In this document: positions 1 to 13,450 of the stretch, piece after piece | How the letters are laid out: every line of letters starts with the position of its first letter | Position numbering within the stretch: the stretch's first letter is position 1 | From: Klebsormidium nitens | Taxonomy: Eukaryota; Plantae; Klebsormidiophyceae | Direction: 5' to 3' | Assembly (NCBI GenBank): GCA_000708835.1 | Contig: DF237058.1 | Coordinates: 62,001 to 126,000 of the forward strand | DNA: 64,000 nt | The notes under the pieces: model-generated | The model's input: only the letters and a program-made list of their open reading frames with translations | The model's database searches: none | Told to the model about the DNA's origin: nothing | Position numbers and translations under genes: made by a program

Positions 1-350
1 ACAAGACTGATCAACTTTGCGGATGAGCAGGCGCCAGCAAAGTGCCTACTCGAGGCTAACTCATCTTAAAATTGCTTGTGCAAAGACACTATATTTGCGC
101 ACTTGCGCGAAAAGCCCGTGGTTGAGATTCTCTTTGATCGTCGAATACTGCCCAGTTGCTTGCCCAGACAAACTAGCTTTTGTGCTCCTGGCAACTAGCA
201 ACTGCATGCTCATCTTCAACACCTCAACCATCAGAGGACGCGATCGCTGGTGTTAAAACAAGCGGACGCACCAAGCGTGCTCATACCCACAGCTTAAGAG
301 CTATACCGCCTCCATCAAGTATGGTAATGGTCTAACCCTGCAACCCTCAC

Positions 351-916
351 CTGTTGTGCATAAGCAGGAGGTCCAGCTCCGCCACGTTGGCCACCAGGAA
401 CTTCTTGAACCCGTTGGGGAGGGTGTGCCTCGTCCTCTTGTTCGACCCGTACCCGATGTTGGGCATCAGCGTAACGCCCTTGAACTTCCGCCTCACTCTG
501 CAATCAATACCCTTGGGCCTGCGCCAGCTCGGCTGCACACAAAAAACCCCTCCTTATGAGCTCTTCTGAAATACTAGAATTTACCTAATGCTCTCGGTGC
601 ACGAGAGTCACCTTGTGGACCCACAAAATCTGAAAGACCATTACCATCACAAGAAAGACAGTGTACGCCCCGCTGCTGAAAGTTTACTCTAAAAACTTCG
701 CTCTGCAACTAGCAAACTCGGGATCGAGATGACTTTTCAACCGTGTGCCTCTACCGCGCTGCCCGTGCCTCTGCCCTCTTCATGAATGTGCGCTACAAAG
801 CAAAAATACAAAAAAAACCCGCTCACCTTGACAGCAATCTTCCTGTCATGTTGCATACGCTTGAACCTCTTGAGTCTCTTCTTCACAATCGTGTGCTTCA
901 CCAAGGGGGCCACCAT
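351..916 (-). CDS. RPL32: 60S ribosomal protein L32 (eL32), 3'-partial; exons 916-827 and 532-351, last exon not found in the window (presumably left of base 1)
   Basis: Spliced translation [30 protein letters not shown]|[61 protein letters not shown] matches the eL32 signature ([14 protein letters not shown]...MPNIGYG). GT-AG boundaries at 826/533 and a GTGAG donor at 350. Confidence 0.96.
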
Positions 917-1544
917 CTTGACAGACGCGTCGCCCGCCGGCCCTGTTGCGTCCTGCGCTCAGTTGGGGAGGAGGCCGAAAGAGGGCCAGAGAGACGAAGT
1001 CTTCGAGGTTTGATCAGCATCCGCAGTGCTCGATCTGGAGGTTTGGTCAGGGCATGTTTCGACGAATTCAGTTTGTTGTCAGGAAAATACCTGTTGTGGA
1101 ATCTTGTCATCGAAAATGTTCACTCAAACGGGTTCTTCGGAGTCCCATTTCTCCTGTGCTGCCACCGAGTATTCTTTGTGCGCAGAGTTCGATCTGGCAC
1201 CAGAGCACAGACTCAAGAGTCAGAGCTCTCTGCAAAGCATCCAGAATCACTGTACAGCAGGAGGTGCTGCATTCCTGCAAAGCGGCAGGGCGCCTCTCAA
1301 GCCTTGCAGTGGCAGGTGGAATGCAGTAGTCATTGCTGTGGCTGGTGAGGGCAGTTAAGAGCAAGTGTCCACTTGGCCTCCGACACCGCATTCGTGCGCT
1401 GATCAGGAGGCATTGTATTCTGCTTTATCGAGTTGAAAGCCAATGATCAGTGAGGAGGTACGCTCATGGTAGCCCTTTGAAATTGTGGTTTAGAGCTCAG
1501 CTGTAACTTTAAGCTGTTCTGGGTACATTTTCTGGGGCGCCAGG
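917..1544. promoter_or_regulatory. Divergent (probably bidirectional) promoter/5'UTR region between RPL32 and SF3A1
   Basis: ATG at 916 (-) and ATG at 1545 (+) face away from each other, about 630 bp apart. No TSS data. Confidence 0.5.
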
Positions 1545-4500
1545 ATGCCGGCCCTTGAGACGATCATGCGGTTGCCCGCCCCCGAGGCGGGCAGCCTGTC
1601 AGGGCCGTTACCTGCATCGCAAGTTGCGGCGGGGGACCAGAATGGTACCACCGCAGCTCTCCCTCCTAAAAAGGTTGAGATCGTCCCCACACAGACGGAA
1701 GTGGTTGGGATGATCCGGCCGCCTGCAGACATCCGCAGCATCGTGGATAAGACCGCGCAATTTGTGGCCAAGAACGGGCCGGAGTTTGAGAAGCGGATCC
1801 TTGCGAATGAGAAGAACAACGTCAAGTTCAACTTCCTGAATGCCACCGATTACTACCACGCGTATTACCAGCACAGAGTGAACGAGTTTAAGAAGCAATT
1901 GGCAGCCCCGCAGGAGGGGACTGCGCGGGCTGCCGAGGTGCCGGTGGCCGCTCCGGTTGCGGCGCCTGTGGAGGAAGCGCCTCCACCGAAGAAAGAGCTA
2001 GTGCCCCCCGAGTTGGAACAGTACTCCGTGCGGATACCAGATGGGATCTCGGGGCTCGACTTAGATGTTATCAAACTAACAGCGCAGTTCGTTGCGCGGA
2101 ACGGGAAGAGCTTCCTCTCTGGCCTGACTCAGCGCGAGCACAACAACCCGCAGTTCTATTTCCTGAAGCCGACGCACAGCCTGTTCGGCTTTTTTACCAC
2201 GTTAGCGGACGCTTACTCAAAGGTCCTGATGCCGCCGAAGGGTTTGCAGGACAGGTTGAAAAGGGACGCCTCGAACCGGCAAGCGGTGCTCGAGCGGTGC
2301 ATCCAGCGGTTGGAATGGGAGAAGGTGCAGCTCAAGAGCCGGCGGAAGGAAGAGGAGGCGGCCGAGAGGGAGCGCACCCAGATGGCGCTCATTGACTGGC
2401 ACGACTTCTTTGTTGTGACCACGATCGATTTTAATGAGGGGGAGGACGAGGCGCTGCCGCAGCCGCAAACCCTGGACGAGGTGGTGCGCAAGGCCAAGCG
2501 GCTGGCGGAAGAGGTGGGCGTGTTTTCGAGTTCACTGCTTCCCTCCATTGGTTCTGCAATATCTGGGTGTGCTTTCGAATTGAGCGCCAGTTGTTTCGAG
2601 CTCAGGACAGCATAGGGGCTAGTTTGGAATCCCTTTGGTGCCATGGAAAATTTGCCTCTTTGGGGCTTTTGTGGCCAGAACGAAAGGCGGGCTGGCATCA
2701 GATGCTCTATGAGTGCTGTGTTCCTACTAATGTTGAGTGGGTGTATGTTCCAACACGTCATCCTACGGATCATGCTTTTGTCAATCAAGTGCTGTTCATG
2801 ACTCTGTCATCGAATATCTAGCAGTTTCTAAGAACCTGCTGCCAAGTTGGCCACTCGATTTCAAAGCAGAGCTTTTTGTCAGTGTCCTGCATTTGTGTTG
2901 CCCGGCCCGTCCACATTTTATAAAGACCATAAGCTGTCAGTATGAAACTCACGTGCTCTATCTTGCTGTAGCTCGTCACTCTTGGAAGATCAGAGCTTTG
3001 CTCGTCAACCTGTACTGATGCTCTTCTCTTCTTTCATCTCTAAACCACATCCCAAAGGTCCCCGTATTACTTCGAAAAATCAAACTCCGCGTGCAGGCTT
3101 CAACAAAAACCGTTGCTTTGGAACACTCCTTTCTTTGCAGGAGGAAGAGGAGGAGGCTGCGGCGGAGGGCGTCCCCAAAAAGGACCAGGAGATGGAGGTG
3201 GAGATGGACGAAGAAGAGATGGAACTGGTCGAGCAAGGCATGCGGGTGACGGCGATTGACGAGGAGGGAGAGAAGGTGCGGGACCTGCTTTTGTGAAGCG
3301 AGACGTTTGCTTGTACGCCTCGTGGGTGGTACATCGTCGTTTCTTGCAAGATTACGTCGTTGTATTTTGGGTGGCAGGGGCCTCGGCTGCCGTAAGAAAG
3401 GGCCCAGGAGATGTTGAGTTTGAGCTAAGATGCCAACCGTGCAGCGCAAAGATAACAATCACCAGATTGCAGGGGCCGAACATGACGTCAAGAGCTCTCT
3501 GAGAATGGATAGGGAGAGGAAGTTTTACCAACACGATTTTCAATCGAACGTGCTTCTCTCACAGTTCTAGTCCTCTCTTGATTACATAGTCTCCTGATGG
3601 AAGCTAAGGTTTCGGCCTCTAGGCAATGTACTGCAGAGTAAGCCGCCCAAAACCGCTGCATCCTTCTGTCCAGGAGCCGAGCAGGATGTGCAAGTTCTGA
3701 CCAACGTGGTATTAGGGCAAACGTAGCCCGTCAGAATTCGTACCTCCACGTATCTCCTGGCACAATTCTTGGCATTCATCTATCGTAGAGTCCGCTTTCA
3801 GTGAAGTCCATCTCACGCAAATCCGCTTCCTTTTCTTTCCAGGGGCCAGACGAAGCAATGGACGAGGGCGCTGACGAGGGCCCGCCCACCCCCCCGGAAG
3901 AGGAAGAAGACGCGCCAATTAAGATCGTGCGGGACTACAAGCGCCCCGAGGAGCGCGCGCGCGAGCAGCACGACCCGACGAAGTTCGTCGTGTCACCCAT
4001 CACGGGGGAGCTGATTCCGCTGGCGGAAATGGCGGAACACATGCGGATCTCGCTGATTGATCCGAAGTACAAGGAGCAGAAGGAGCGCATGCTTGCGAAG
4101 ATCAAGGAGACGACGTTCGCGCACGACGACGAGATCGCGAAGAACATGGTGAACTTGGCGCGCACGCGGCCGGATATCTTTGGCACGACGGACGAGGAGG
4201 TGAGGTAGCAATTTGTTGTTTGTGTTCCGTCGAAATTGGTCTAAGCAGCAAGGGGTTCAAGGGTCGAAGTCTTTCATTACTTCTCTGGTCTAACGTGATC
4301 AGGCAAGCGAGGCCGACGTCAAGCAGTGTCTGCCCTCTGTACCCGAGTTGACAATCAAATTGACAGAAAGCGTGGCTGACGTAAAGCAGTGTTGTGCCTT
4401 GTTTGATGGAGTTGACTTTCGAGCGTGCTCACGCGAATCGAGGCGAAAGAAGGGTCCTGAGCGGTTCTATCTTTCTTGGGCGGGGCATTTGGTGCTCTCT

Positions 4501-6061
4501 CTGTGCTCCTCAACCTTTCAAGACTTTGAAGTTTGCTCAGCGGCTGCCAGTTCCGCTCCCTCAGCTTTCATGTTGGAGCAAGATAGAGGACCTTTTCGAA
4601 CCGCAGTCCAAACCATTACAATTTGCAAGACAAAGAACGTTCCTCGAATTTGCAGTCGTACAAAGAACCATCCTTCTCGATCCTTCCAGGTATCCAACGC
4701 GGTGGCCAAGGAGGTCGAGAAGGCCCAGAAAGAGGCCGCCCCCGACGGCCAGCGCGTCATCTGGGACGGCTCCGCGACGACCATCGGCCGCGTCACGACG
4801 GCCGCCCTCGCGCAACAACAGCAGCTCACGATCGACGAGCAGATCGCGCAGATCCACCGCGAGCGCGCAAACGTCAGCCAGGACGGGCGCGCCCTTCCCG
4901 GCCCCGCGGCGCTCCCCCCGGGTCCGCCGAAAATGAACCTCCCCCCCGCGCCGCGCCCCGCGCCGCCAAACCTCGCGATCAACATCCCGAGGCCCGCGAG
5001 ACCTCCCCCTGCGCAGACGCTTCCGCCCCCCCCTCCTCCTGTGGTGCAGCGACCCCCCCCTCAGATGGCGCCTCCATTGCAGCGACCCCCCCCACAGATG
5101 CAGCTCCCGCCGCCACCCCCCCAGCAGATGCAGATGCCGATGCGGCCCCCCCCGCAGCAACTGCAGATGCCACCCCCTCCGCCGGTGGTTCGCACGCCGC
5201 TACCCCCCCAGAGCGCGCTTTTCCGGCCGCCCATGCAGCGGCCCCCGATGTCGATGCCGCCTCCGATGCCGGGACCCCCCCCCATGGCGCAGGCGCGGCC
5301 GCCCCCCCGGGAGATGCCGCCCCCGCCCCCGGAAGAGCCGGAACCGAAGCGGCAGAAAGTGCAGGAGGAGGTGGAGCTGGTGCCGGAAGGGGAGTGGCTG
5401 GCGAAGCATCAGGTGAGAAGCTCTTGATTGTGTCCGTCAACTGTTTTCTTCTGCTGCTGCGGGCCAGTTGGGTTTCCAAGAAAGGTCTTAGGGTTTTTCC
5501 TTTGCCGTCCCAGTACTTAGTTGGGTGCCATCTTTGAGAATCTAAAACCATCAGCCGTTGCTTTTTCGTCTCGTCGCTCAGATAGTAGTCTAGTTGTTTG
5601 GGGGCACAGGGCGTCCAATCTGAAACGCGTGCATCGTATACGTACTTCATTTTTTGTTCCTGGCGTCTACTGCGTCAGACTCCTTGACTGAGAGTCGTTG
5701 ATGATCATCTCCGTCAAGCTCGCTCTTGTCGTCCCCGTTCACTTCGACAACCGGCTCGTTTAAGTATTCTAATGGTTTCTTGCAGGGCCCACTAACGGTG
5801 ACGATAACCCTGCCAGCCCTGGGCGACGATCAACCGGGCACCGAAGGCCAAACGCGCACTCTCAGTGTCTCATCCGGGCAGCAGACTGTGGGGGGCTTGA
5901 AGCAACAGTTGGCGGAGCTGGTGAACGTCCCCCCCTCGAAGCAGAAGATCAGCGGCCGGGCGGGCTTCCTCAAGGACCAGCAAACGCTCGGATATTACAA
6001 TATCGCCGATGGGGAGATGCTTGTGCTGTCGCTGAAGGAACGCGGTGGGAAGAAAAAGTAG
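1545..6061 (+). CDS. SF3A1: Splicing factor 3A subunit 1 (SAP114/Prp21); exons 1545-2513, 3141-3275, 3843-4199, 4690-5412, 5786-6061 (about 819 aa)
   Basis: Two SURP/SWAP domains (IVDKTAQFVAKNGPEFE..; VIKLTAQFVARNGKSF), Prp21-like IDWHDFFVV, SPITGELIP..MAEHMRISLIDPKYKEQ, a Pro-rich region and a C-terminal ubiquitin-like domain ending KERGGKKK. All exons are phase 0 with GT-AG sites. Confidence 0.96.
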
Positions 6062-6951
6062 ACGGGAGAAGAAGTACAGGGATTGTATTTAGAGTGGAGA
6101 TCGCTTGGGCACTGGCACGTATGTCGAGGTTCGATTCAATCGCTTGTCGCAGTGATCTTGTACTCATTCGGCCAGCGTTGGTTCATTGGCTCACAGTTTT
6201 TCAGAACAGGATTCATTATCAGCGATGCGGCGGAAGTCGAAAATCAATTGTGGCTTGCCCCTTTACGCATGAGCTAAAATCTGGTCTCTGCCAGCTAAAC
6301 GTGTCTATACCCGCTGACAGCTCGGTGGGTCATTCAACAATTTGTCAGTGAATTGTTCCCTTAAATGCAATATAAGTTGCCCATGCCCATGATCAGTGTT
6401 TGATTGTGTGTACGCATGGGGGGCCTGCAGACTCAAGGGGCCACCGTCGCCTGTCAGTGTGCCACTCAATACCTCCTGGTATGAGCTTGTTGCACACCGG
6501 GCATGCAGTGACCCCGCGTTCAGTCGCATTCAGAGATTAGTACCGTCCAAATTAGCAGCTGTCACGATCGCCAATCTAGATCGATTGCAGCCCTCGCTGT
6601 CACATTTGCATTGAAACGGTCAGATCGATGCATGTGTCCTTCAATCGGTCCGATCATGTGTGATGTACAGGCTCAAAGATTGCATAGCATGACACGGTGA
6701 ATGACACGAATGGCTGCCGGTGGCCTATACGTATATCCCAACTGCTACGCTTGGTCTGAGTATACTGTGACACGTACTAGCCACAGTTGCACAATGTCCT
6801 CTCGCGTCCTACAAATGCGTTTTACTGATTGCAGAACTTCCCTTCCCAACATACTGCAACAAACTTGAACCCTGACGTCTGGAAATGTTTCATGATCGTT
6901 TGAAACGAGGACAGCGGCCTCGATCTCTTTCAAACCCGTCTTCAAAGCTCA

Positions 6952-8830
6952 TCAGCCTGTCTTCTGGCAAGTGTCCTTGTGGCCTGCCTTCCAAGCCCTT
7001 CGCTGGCATTCTGCAAGATACAAGGACAGTCACGAGAATGATGAGCTACTGCACCCTTTCCTAAATTTACGACGCTTGATTAGACGAGGTAGTACTCAAA
7101 CATCCAGGACAAGTAAGCAGGCTGATGCGACGCGAAGGCCGACGTTCTCTCAATCATGGGACATTCTTCCATTCCTCCAGGAGTGAAAGATACATCGATA
7201 TCTCATTGCCTCAATCTGTTTCGAGCTGGTTCTATGTCAGCATGAACGGAAAACTTTTTCCGCAAAGATAACGACTTTGAAGAGAGCGAAGAAAGAAAAC
7301 ATCTCGGAGAAACCTCACAGAATGCACCTGACACTGAGGGGTACAAAAGGGGCGAGGCATCGCAACCTGTTGGCCCCTGTAATCTTATGGAAAGCTTGCC
7401 TGCAAACATACTTCCTGACATCGCGCTTCGGAACTGTCCCAACGCACGAGACCCGTCTTGCATCCACAAAGTGACCAAGGAGGCGTCACGAATGCTTGAA
7501 GGAAGAATCAAAGAAGGTAGGAACCGCCAGACAAAGTCTTACCTCTTCCGCAGTAGACCGCGAGCTTGCAACTCCCGCACAATTGGAAATCTCTTGGTCT
7601 AGTTTCCACCTTGTCGCACCCCGGCCTGGAACACCGCGTCGCCATCTTCCTGTGTTGCCGCTTGATCCCCATCTTTTCAACTTCCTGCTCCACCATCCCC
7701 GCATCTTTCGAGGCATTTGCGCGCACGAAGCGCACGCAGAAGTCACCGTCCGCATCTACTCCTTTCGCAAGAAGCGTCCGCAGCTCGTGCGCGCGCTGGC
7801 GCGCACAGGGATCTGCATTCGCCAGTCTTCTTATGTCTTCTTCACTGCTTAGACCAGGCAGGGGACATTTGTCCGGATCCGCAAGCGCAACCATCGTCCC
7901 ATACTCGAGAGCCCTCGCCAGGACTACCATGAAAGAGCGGTCTTTGTCATCTAACTGCTCCGAGCAAAGCACCAGAGCAAGAGCGGCGGATCTGAGGGTA
8001 GGGTTCGGGGCCAGGGGTTTGGAGAGGAACCCCTTGATGCCGAGGCGGGTGCGCTCAATACCGCGAAGCATGGTGATCGTGAACTTAATGACCATCGTAT
8101 CCTTCGACTCAAAAAGAACTCTGCCCGCAACGCGAAAAAGGTTGTCCTCCAGAGCCGGTTCGCTCAGGGCAAATGCCAATGACAGAAGGAGGGCAGTCGA
8201 GCCACGAAGAGTTGCAAGGTCTTGGAAATGGTTAAGCGCGTGGCTCATGACCGCATTTAGGAAAATCGTGCTTTTGCCGGTCTGCTCTCGCACAGATTGG
8301 AGGATGAAGAACCTAGGAAGCGTCCGGAGGATCAGGCGCCTGACTCTGACGTCAGCTGAACCCACAGCCCTCTCTGCTGGCGTCATTTCTTTGAGATAAA
8401 GTGTTCTGAGGACAGCTGGTAAGCTTGGATACTATTGCAGGATAAACCTCTTGGTGCGTAAATCCAAGGCAAGGCACTCAAGTGCTTCGATGCACACCCC
8501 GGACCGAACTCGAAGGATGCCAGTATCCTTTTGGCTCTCGCCGCCAAGCAGAGGCTTCCACGGATCGGCAACGCATTCCTTCAAAAGCGCCTCTGCAATT
8601 GGCCTGAGAAACCCCTTCTCCAGGAGTGTGGTAGCCACATGCACGGTGCTCTCGTCAGGATCTGGTCTCAGGCTGAAATCTGCAAAGATACCCGTGAAGC
8701 GCTTGAATGCCAACAGCCTTGTTACTGCATCCTCTGATTGAGAGTCGTGGAGGATCGCCTGCAAAGCTTGTTGAGTCGGTGCTCTGAGCAACTCATGCTG
8801 TTCTTTGGAAGTGATAATCGGCCCTTTCAT
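6952..8830 (-). pseudogene. Helical-repeat + MYND zinc-finger family, copy A; one in-frame TAG at 8432-8434; exons 8830-7543 and 7010-6952
   Basis: Collinear with intact copy B. ..ILQ*YPSLPAVL aligns to B ..ILQEFPSLPAVL (GAG>TAG). MYND motif CSRPGC..CGSC..YCGR|ECQRRAWKAGHKDTC is split by the same phase-1 intron. Exon lengths stay in frame. Confidence 0.85.
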
Positions 8831-10103
8831 CCTGGACAATTAATTCGGAAAGCAGAAGCCGCTTCGATAGGCGTTCTACAAGGAGGAGCGCACTTTGAGA
8901 GGCGTCCCAGAAGGAGGAGCGCTCCTTCTTCTGCTTGATCGAGGACCTCAAGAGCGCTTCCTCCCTTTCCGTTCCGCGCGCTTGAATCAATGTTGCAAAG
9001 CACCTAATTGCATCTTCTTTGGTTGCTCTATATGCCAACACTAAACGCCAGTTTGCATGCTGAGGATTCGATCAGCCGCCTCGATCAGCCGCCGCAAAAA
9101 TGTCAATGAACATGCTCCGCAGAGGCCTCCATCTCCTCCAAACCAGAAATTTCGCCCTGAGCAATGTCCATTCGCACGTATTTCAGAAAGTCTTACCGTA
9201 AGATCAGTCCCGAATGTCACGTTCGCGTGCTGGGTGCACGGTTGTTCTTGTAGATTTTGTGACGACATTTCGAGATCATCTTATTGCAATGTCAAGAAGA
9301 GTTGCCACTGACACAACGAGTCACTCAAGAATGTTGGATTTGTGCAGACTCCACGGAGCAGTGTCGCCTGAGTTGCGTCTTTAGCTGGGATTCATCGAAC
9401 GCGGCGCGCAGTTGCGCCTGCATTTCTGTTTCGATGAAATCGAAGCCCCATGGATGAGCCTAGGAGGAAGCGAACGGGCGCTCGGCGCCACCAGGCGCCC
9501 CGAGCCCCCCTCCGTTCGCCGCTCCGGTCTCCGCAGTACGTCAGATGGATGGAGTACGTCCGACCAGACACAGTCTGGTAAGCACGCTTTTCGCAGCGTG
9601 CATCTTCTAGCATGTGCCAGGCGGTTACATGTGCTTCACTTGCAGGCCCCGTGCAGCAGGGGTTTGCGAGATGGATTGGGCTAAGCGTGTACGCGGTTGG
9701 TACCATGATGTTTCCAAGGATCGCTTGATTCATCATTTCCAGCGCCGATCTGATCGAGGAGCACACCAAGAAACAGTCGATATCACATCGTTGTTCATCA
9801 AGTAACCATCTTAGTGACATGTACCGTATCTTTGTCAGGCATGATCTTGACTGTCGAAATAGATTTGCTGCGGTAGGCAAGTTTGATAACCAAGCTTCAG
9901 TAATGGCCGTTTGTATGCAGTTCATTGTGCAGTTCGCCTTTAGAACATCAGGCTCTAATGTGTTCTTTTGATCATCAACAGAACAAGTTTTGAATCCGAG
10001 ACACTTGAAGTTGACAAATACTGGGGACGTTTGATCATATCAAGCCTGATACTGACAACGTTACTCAATCAAGACTCAGGAGAATCCACCAAATGAACGT
10101 TCC

Positions 10104-12046
10104 TTAACCCGTCTTCTGGCAAGTCTCCTTGTGGCCTGCCTTCCAAGCCCTCCGCTGGCAATCTGCACAACACGAGAGGCGGTATAACGGTCAGACTCTT
10201 TAGCATCTTGTATACAGATATGAAGCTTTCTGTTTAGAAATCGAAATTTAGAAATCGAAATAGACGGGGATTGCGCGTGCTACTGGATCGCAGGTCGCCA
10301 ACTTACACCGTAGCCCGTACCGTCTTTCAAAGTTTGGACTGCAGGTTTATTCGGCAAGTTTGATCCCCGGAAAGGAAAGATGGGTCCCAACAGTTTCAGT
10401 CCGGTCCGAGCTGTTTCCGCTTCGTTAAGTACAGGGATCGTGTTCTAAATCTAAGCAAAGCTTGGTAGATGCTCTCGATAAAATCCAAAAGTTTGAACAA
10501 CAGTTCCAGAGAGCGCTACCGACAGGAGGGGTGCCAGGAAGGGCAAAGCATCGCAAATCATTCCTCCTTGCAATGTCAAAGGATAAAACTTTGAAGGATG
10601 TAAAGAATCCTCGAGATCGCATTGAAACATCGTGACACTTCCACAGATTCACGAGAAGCGGACGAGCTGAAGAGCTCGAGGTATTTCTCCTTCCACGAGA
10701 ACCCGCAAGAAAGTCATGAGATTCTCGTCAAAGGTGAACAACCGTCAGAGAAACTTCTTACCTCGTCCGCAATAGACCGCAAGCTTGCAACCCCCGCACG
10801 TCTGGAACTCCCTCGGTCTAGTTTCCACCTTGTCGCACCCTGGCCCGGAGCATCGCGTCGCCTTCTTCCTGTCTGCCATCTTGATTCCCATTTTCTCCGC
10901 CTCTTGCAAAATGTGTTTCCCTGGCGCTCCTTCCGAGGCCTTTGGGCGCAGAAATCGCACGGTAAAGTCCCCGTCCTCGGGAAACCCTTTTGCGAGGAGC
11001 GTCCGCAGCTCGTGCGCGCGGTTGCGTGCAAAAGAATCTGCATTTGCCAGTCTTTCCATGTCTTCGATGATGCCCAGGCCGGGCGGGGAACACCTGTCTT
11101 CCGCAAGCGCAGCCGACGTGCCGTACTCGAGAGCCCTCGCCAGCAAAACAATCAAGAAGTACTCGTCTTCGTCTAACTGCTCCGGACAAAGCACCAGGGC
11201 AAGAGCGGCAGACCTGAGGGCGGAGTTCGTGGCCAGGGGTTTTAGGAGGTACCCTTTAGGAAGCAGGCGGTCATGTTCGACGCCGTGAAGCATGCTGATT
11301 GTGAACTTGATAAACATCGTATCGCTTGACTCAGCAAGGACCTTGCCCGCAAAGCGAAGGAGGTTGTCCTCCAGAGCCGCTGCTTTCAAGTAACTTCTCA
11401 GCGACAGAAGGAGATTAATCGAACCAAGAACCGTAACAGAGTCTTCGAAATGGTTCAGCGCATGGCGCATGACTGCGTTCAGGAAGTCCGCGCTTCTGCC
11501 AATCTGCTTGCACATAGAGTCGGCGAGGAAGAACTTGGGAAGCGCCGGGAGGATTGCGCGCCTAACTTTGATGTCAACTGGACACACGGTCTTCTCTGCT
11601 GGCGTCATCTTTTCGAGGAACAGCGCTTTGAGGACAGCTGGCAGGCTCGGAAACTCCTGCAGGATGTACCTCACGGTGCGGGAATCCAGGGCGAGGCACT
11701 CGAGTGCTTTGATGCACGCCTCGGAATGAATCAGAAGAACGTCAGAATCGTCTGGACTGTCCCCTCCCACCATCAGCTTCCACGGATCGGCCACGCACTC
11801 TTTCAGCCCCTCTGCGATTGGTTTCAGAAACCCTTTCTCCAGGAGCTTGGCGGCAGCATGCATGGTGCTCTCCGCAGGTTCTGGGCGGATGAACTTTTTG
11901 AAGACCTTTGTGAAGCGGTCGAATGCCCACAGCCTTGTGATTGCATCCTTTGATTGAGAGTCTTGAAGGATCTTCTTCAACGCTTGTTGGGTCGGTGCGC
12001 TGAGCAACTCAGCCTGTTCCTTTGAGGGGATCTTCTGCCCGTCCAT
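10104..12046 (-). CDS. Helical-repeat (ARM/HEAT-like) + MYND zinc-finger protein, copy B, intact (about 447 aa); exons 12046-10762 and 10162-10104
   Basis: Uninterrupted ORF 10745-12091 plus a 59-nt last exon DCQRRAWKAGHKETCQKTG*. The C-x4-C, C-x2-C, YC-x3-C, H-x3-C pattern is a MYND finger. The Met at 12046 is conserved in all four copies, and a putative 5'UTR intron (12179-12070) is shared with copy D (28380-28500). Confidence 0.88.
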
Positions 12047-13450
12047 TTCAGAACCGGAAGCCTGACCGGCTGCGAATAAGAGGTCTTCCAACTTTGAGCA
12101 GAAGCGCTGCGGTTTGCTTGATCGGCCAGGACCTCAAGAGCGCTTTCTGATTCTTCTGAAAGTAGATGTTGCGAAGCACCTGATTGATCTTTTGCTGGTC
12201 GAGGCTCTCTGCTTAAAAAAGTACGTGACTAATTGATTCAAGCGCCGTGCATGCTCAAAACGACCGCCTCTGCCTGATCAAGCCGCCCCTGCTACGGACC
12301 TGCATAAGGCCACCTTCTGAGGAAAAGCTAATAACGAGTTTTGCAACCTACTGTCACATCAGATCACAGCATCTCATTTTCGTGCTTTTAGCGTGTTCCG
12401 AGACGGTCACGTCAAGCTTCACGAATAGCTTTATAACGGCCTCTCGCGAGTGTCTCGAAGGTCTCGGAATTGTCTAAAGGACCGGCGGTCACGTCATAGC
12501 TCTCAATCGGATTTGCGCCTGCGGTGACGAACCGTTTCCGGAAGCTCGATATTCTGTGACGAGTTTCTGAGATCGTCAAATCAATGTCCAAGCCGAGTGG
12601 CACGAGTTGCCACTGACACAACGACTCAATAGTGCAGCGATGATCATGTGCAGACTCTCTTTGAGCAGTGTCGCCTGAGTTGCTTCTTAGCTAGGAGTCA
12701 TCGAACGCGGCGCGCACTTGCACCCGTACTCTTCATTTCGATGGATTCGAAGCTCCATGCATGAGCCTAGGAGGAAGCGATGAAGCGAGCGAGCGCCCCG
12801 GCGCCACCTGGCAGTGGCGCTCCGAGCCCCAATACCTTTGCCGCCCCCGCGCGTGCAGATCCGGTCTCCGCAGCACGTCAGACTGAGTACGTGCGACCAG
12901 CTTGATTCAGTCTGGAAACCACGCTTTTCGCAGCGAGCATCTTCTAAGCATGTGCCAGGCGGTTCCATGTGCTTTTAATACAGGCCCCGCGCAGCATAGG
13001 CTTGCGAGATGGAATTAAAAGGCTATGCGTGTGGTACGTTTTAGGATCGGTTATCTCATCAAGTACAGCGGCGGTGTGATCGAGGAGCATAGAGCATACT
13101 GAGATACAGTCGGTAACACATCAACGTGTATAAAATGTCCATTATAGTGACTGTACTTTATCCCTGTCAAGGCATGATCTTGACTGTCGGAATAGATCTG
13201 CTGCAGTAAGGGAATCAATCAGTCCGATTACCAAGCTTCAGTAATGGCCGTTTGTATGCCGTTCATTGATGCAGTTTGCCTTCAAATATCAGGCTCTGAT
13301 TTTGTTGCACCGATCAACATAACAGGTCTTGAATCCGAGACACTTGAAGTCAACAATTACAGCTCGGGATGTTTAACCGTATAATCGTAGCCTGTCACTG
13401 ACAACGTATCTTACTCAAGATCTACGACAATCAATCGGCTTGAACGTTCC

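Noticed and set aside
560-700. Possible C/D snoRNA in RPL32 intron 1 (GTGATGG near a C box)
   Set aside because: The C box is imperfect, and I found no suitably placed CTGA D box or terminal stem.
743-1358. Overlapping long ORFs (743-1348, 946-1329, 1026-1358)
   Set aside because: They lie antisense to RPL32 exon 1 and over the promoter/UTR, show no recognisable domain, and are expected by chance in GC-rich DNA.
3368-3525. Possible degenerate echo of SF3A1 exon 2 in the following intron (shared ccaggagatg)
   Set aside because: Only about 10 exact bases in purine-rich sequence; I could not extend the alignment convincingly.
4305-4402. Degenerate 35-bp direct repeat in SF3A1 intron 3 (aagcg.ggc.gacgt.aagcagtgt)
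   Set aside because: A small intronic tandem duplication that does not touch a splice site. Similar short duplications occur at 10235-10261, 19352-19383, 36428-36467 and 60834-60875.
4518-5650. Several long alternative-frame and antisense ORFs over the Pro-rich SF3A1 exon, and similar ones over the MYND, TBC and FAS2 exons
   Set aside because: These are shadows of GC-rich, codon-biased coding sequence with few stops in other frames.
10104-12046. MYND copy B as ZMYND10/BLU or Mub1/SamB orthologue (similar length and layout)
   Set aside because: I recognise no N-terminal similarity to those proteins, and rapid local duplication is unlike those conserved single-copy genes. No symbol assigned.
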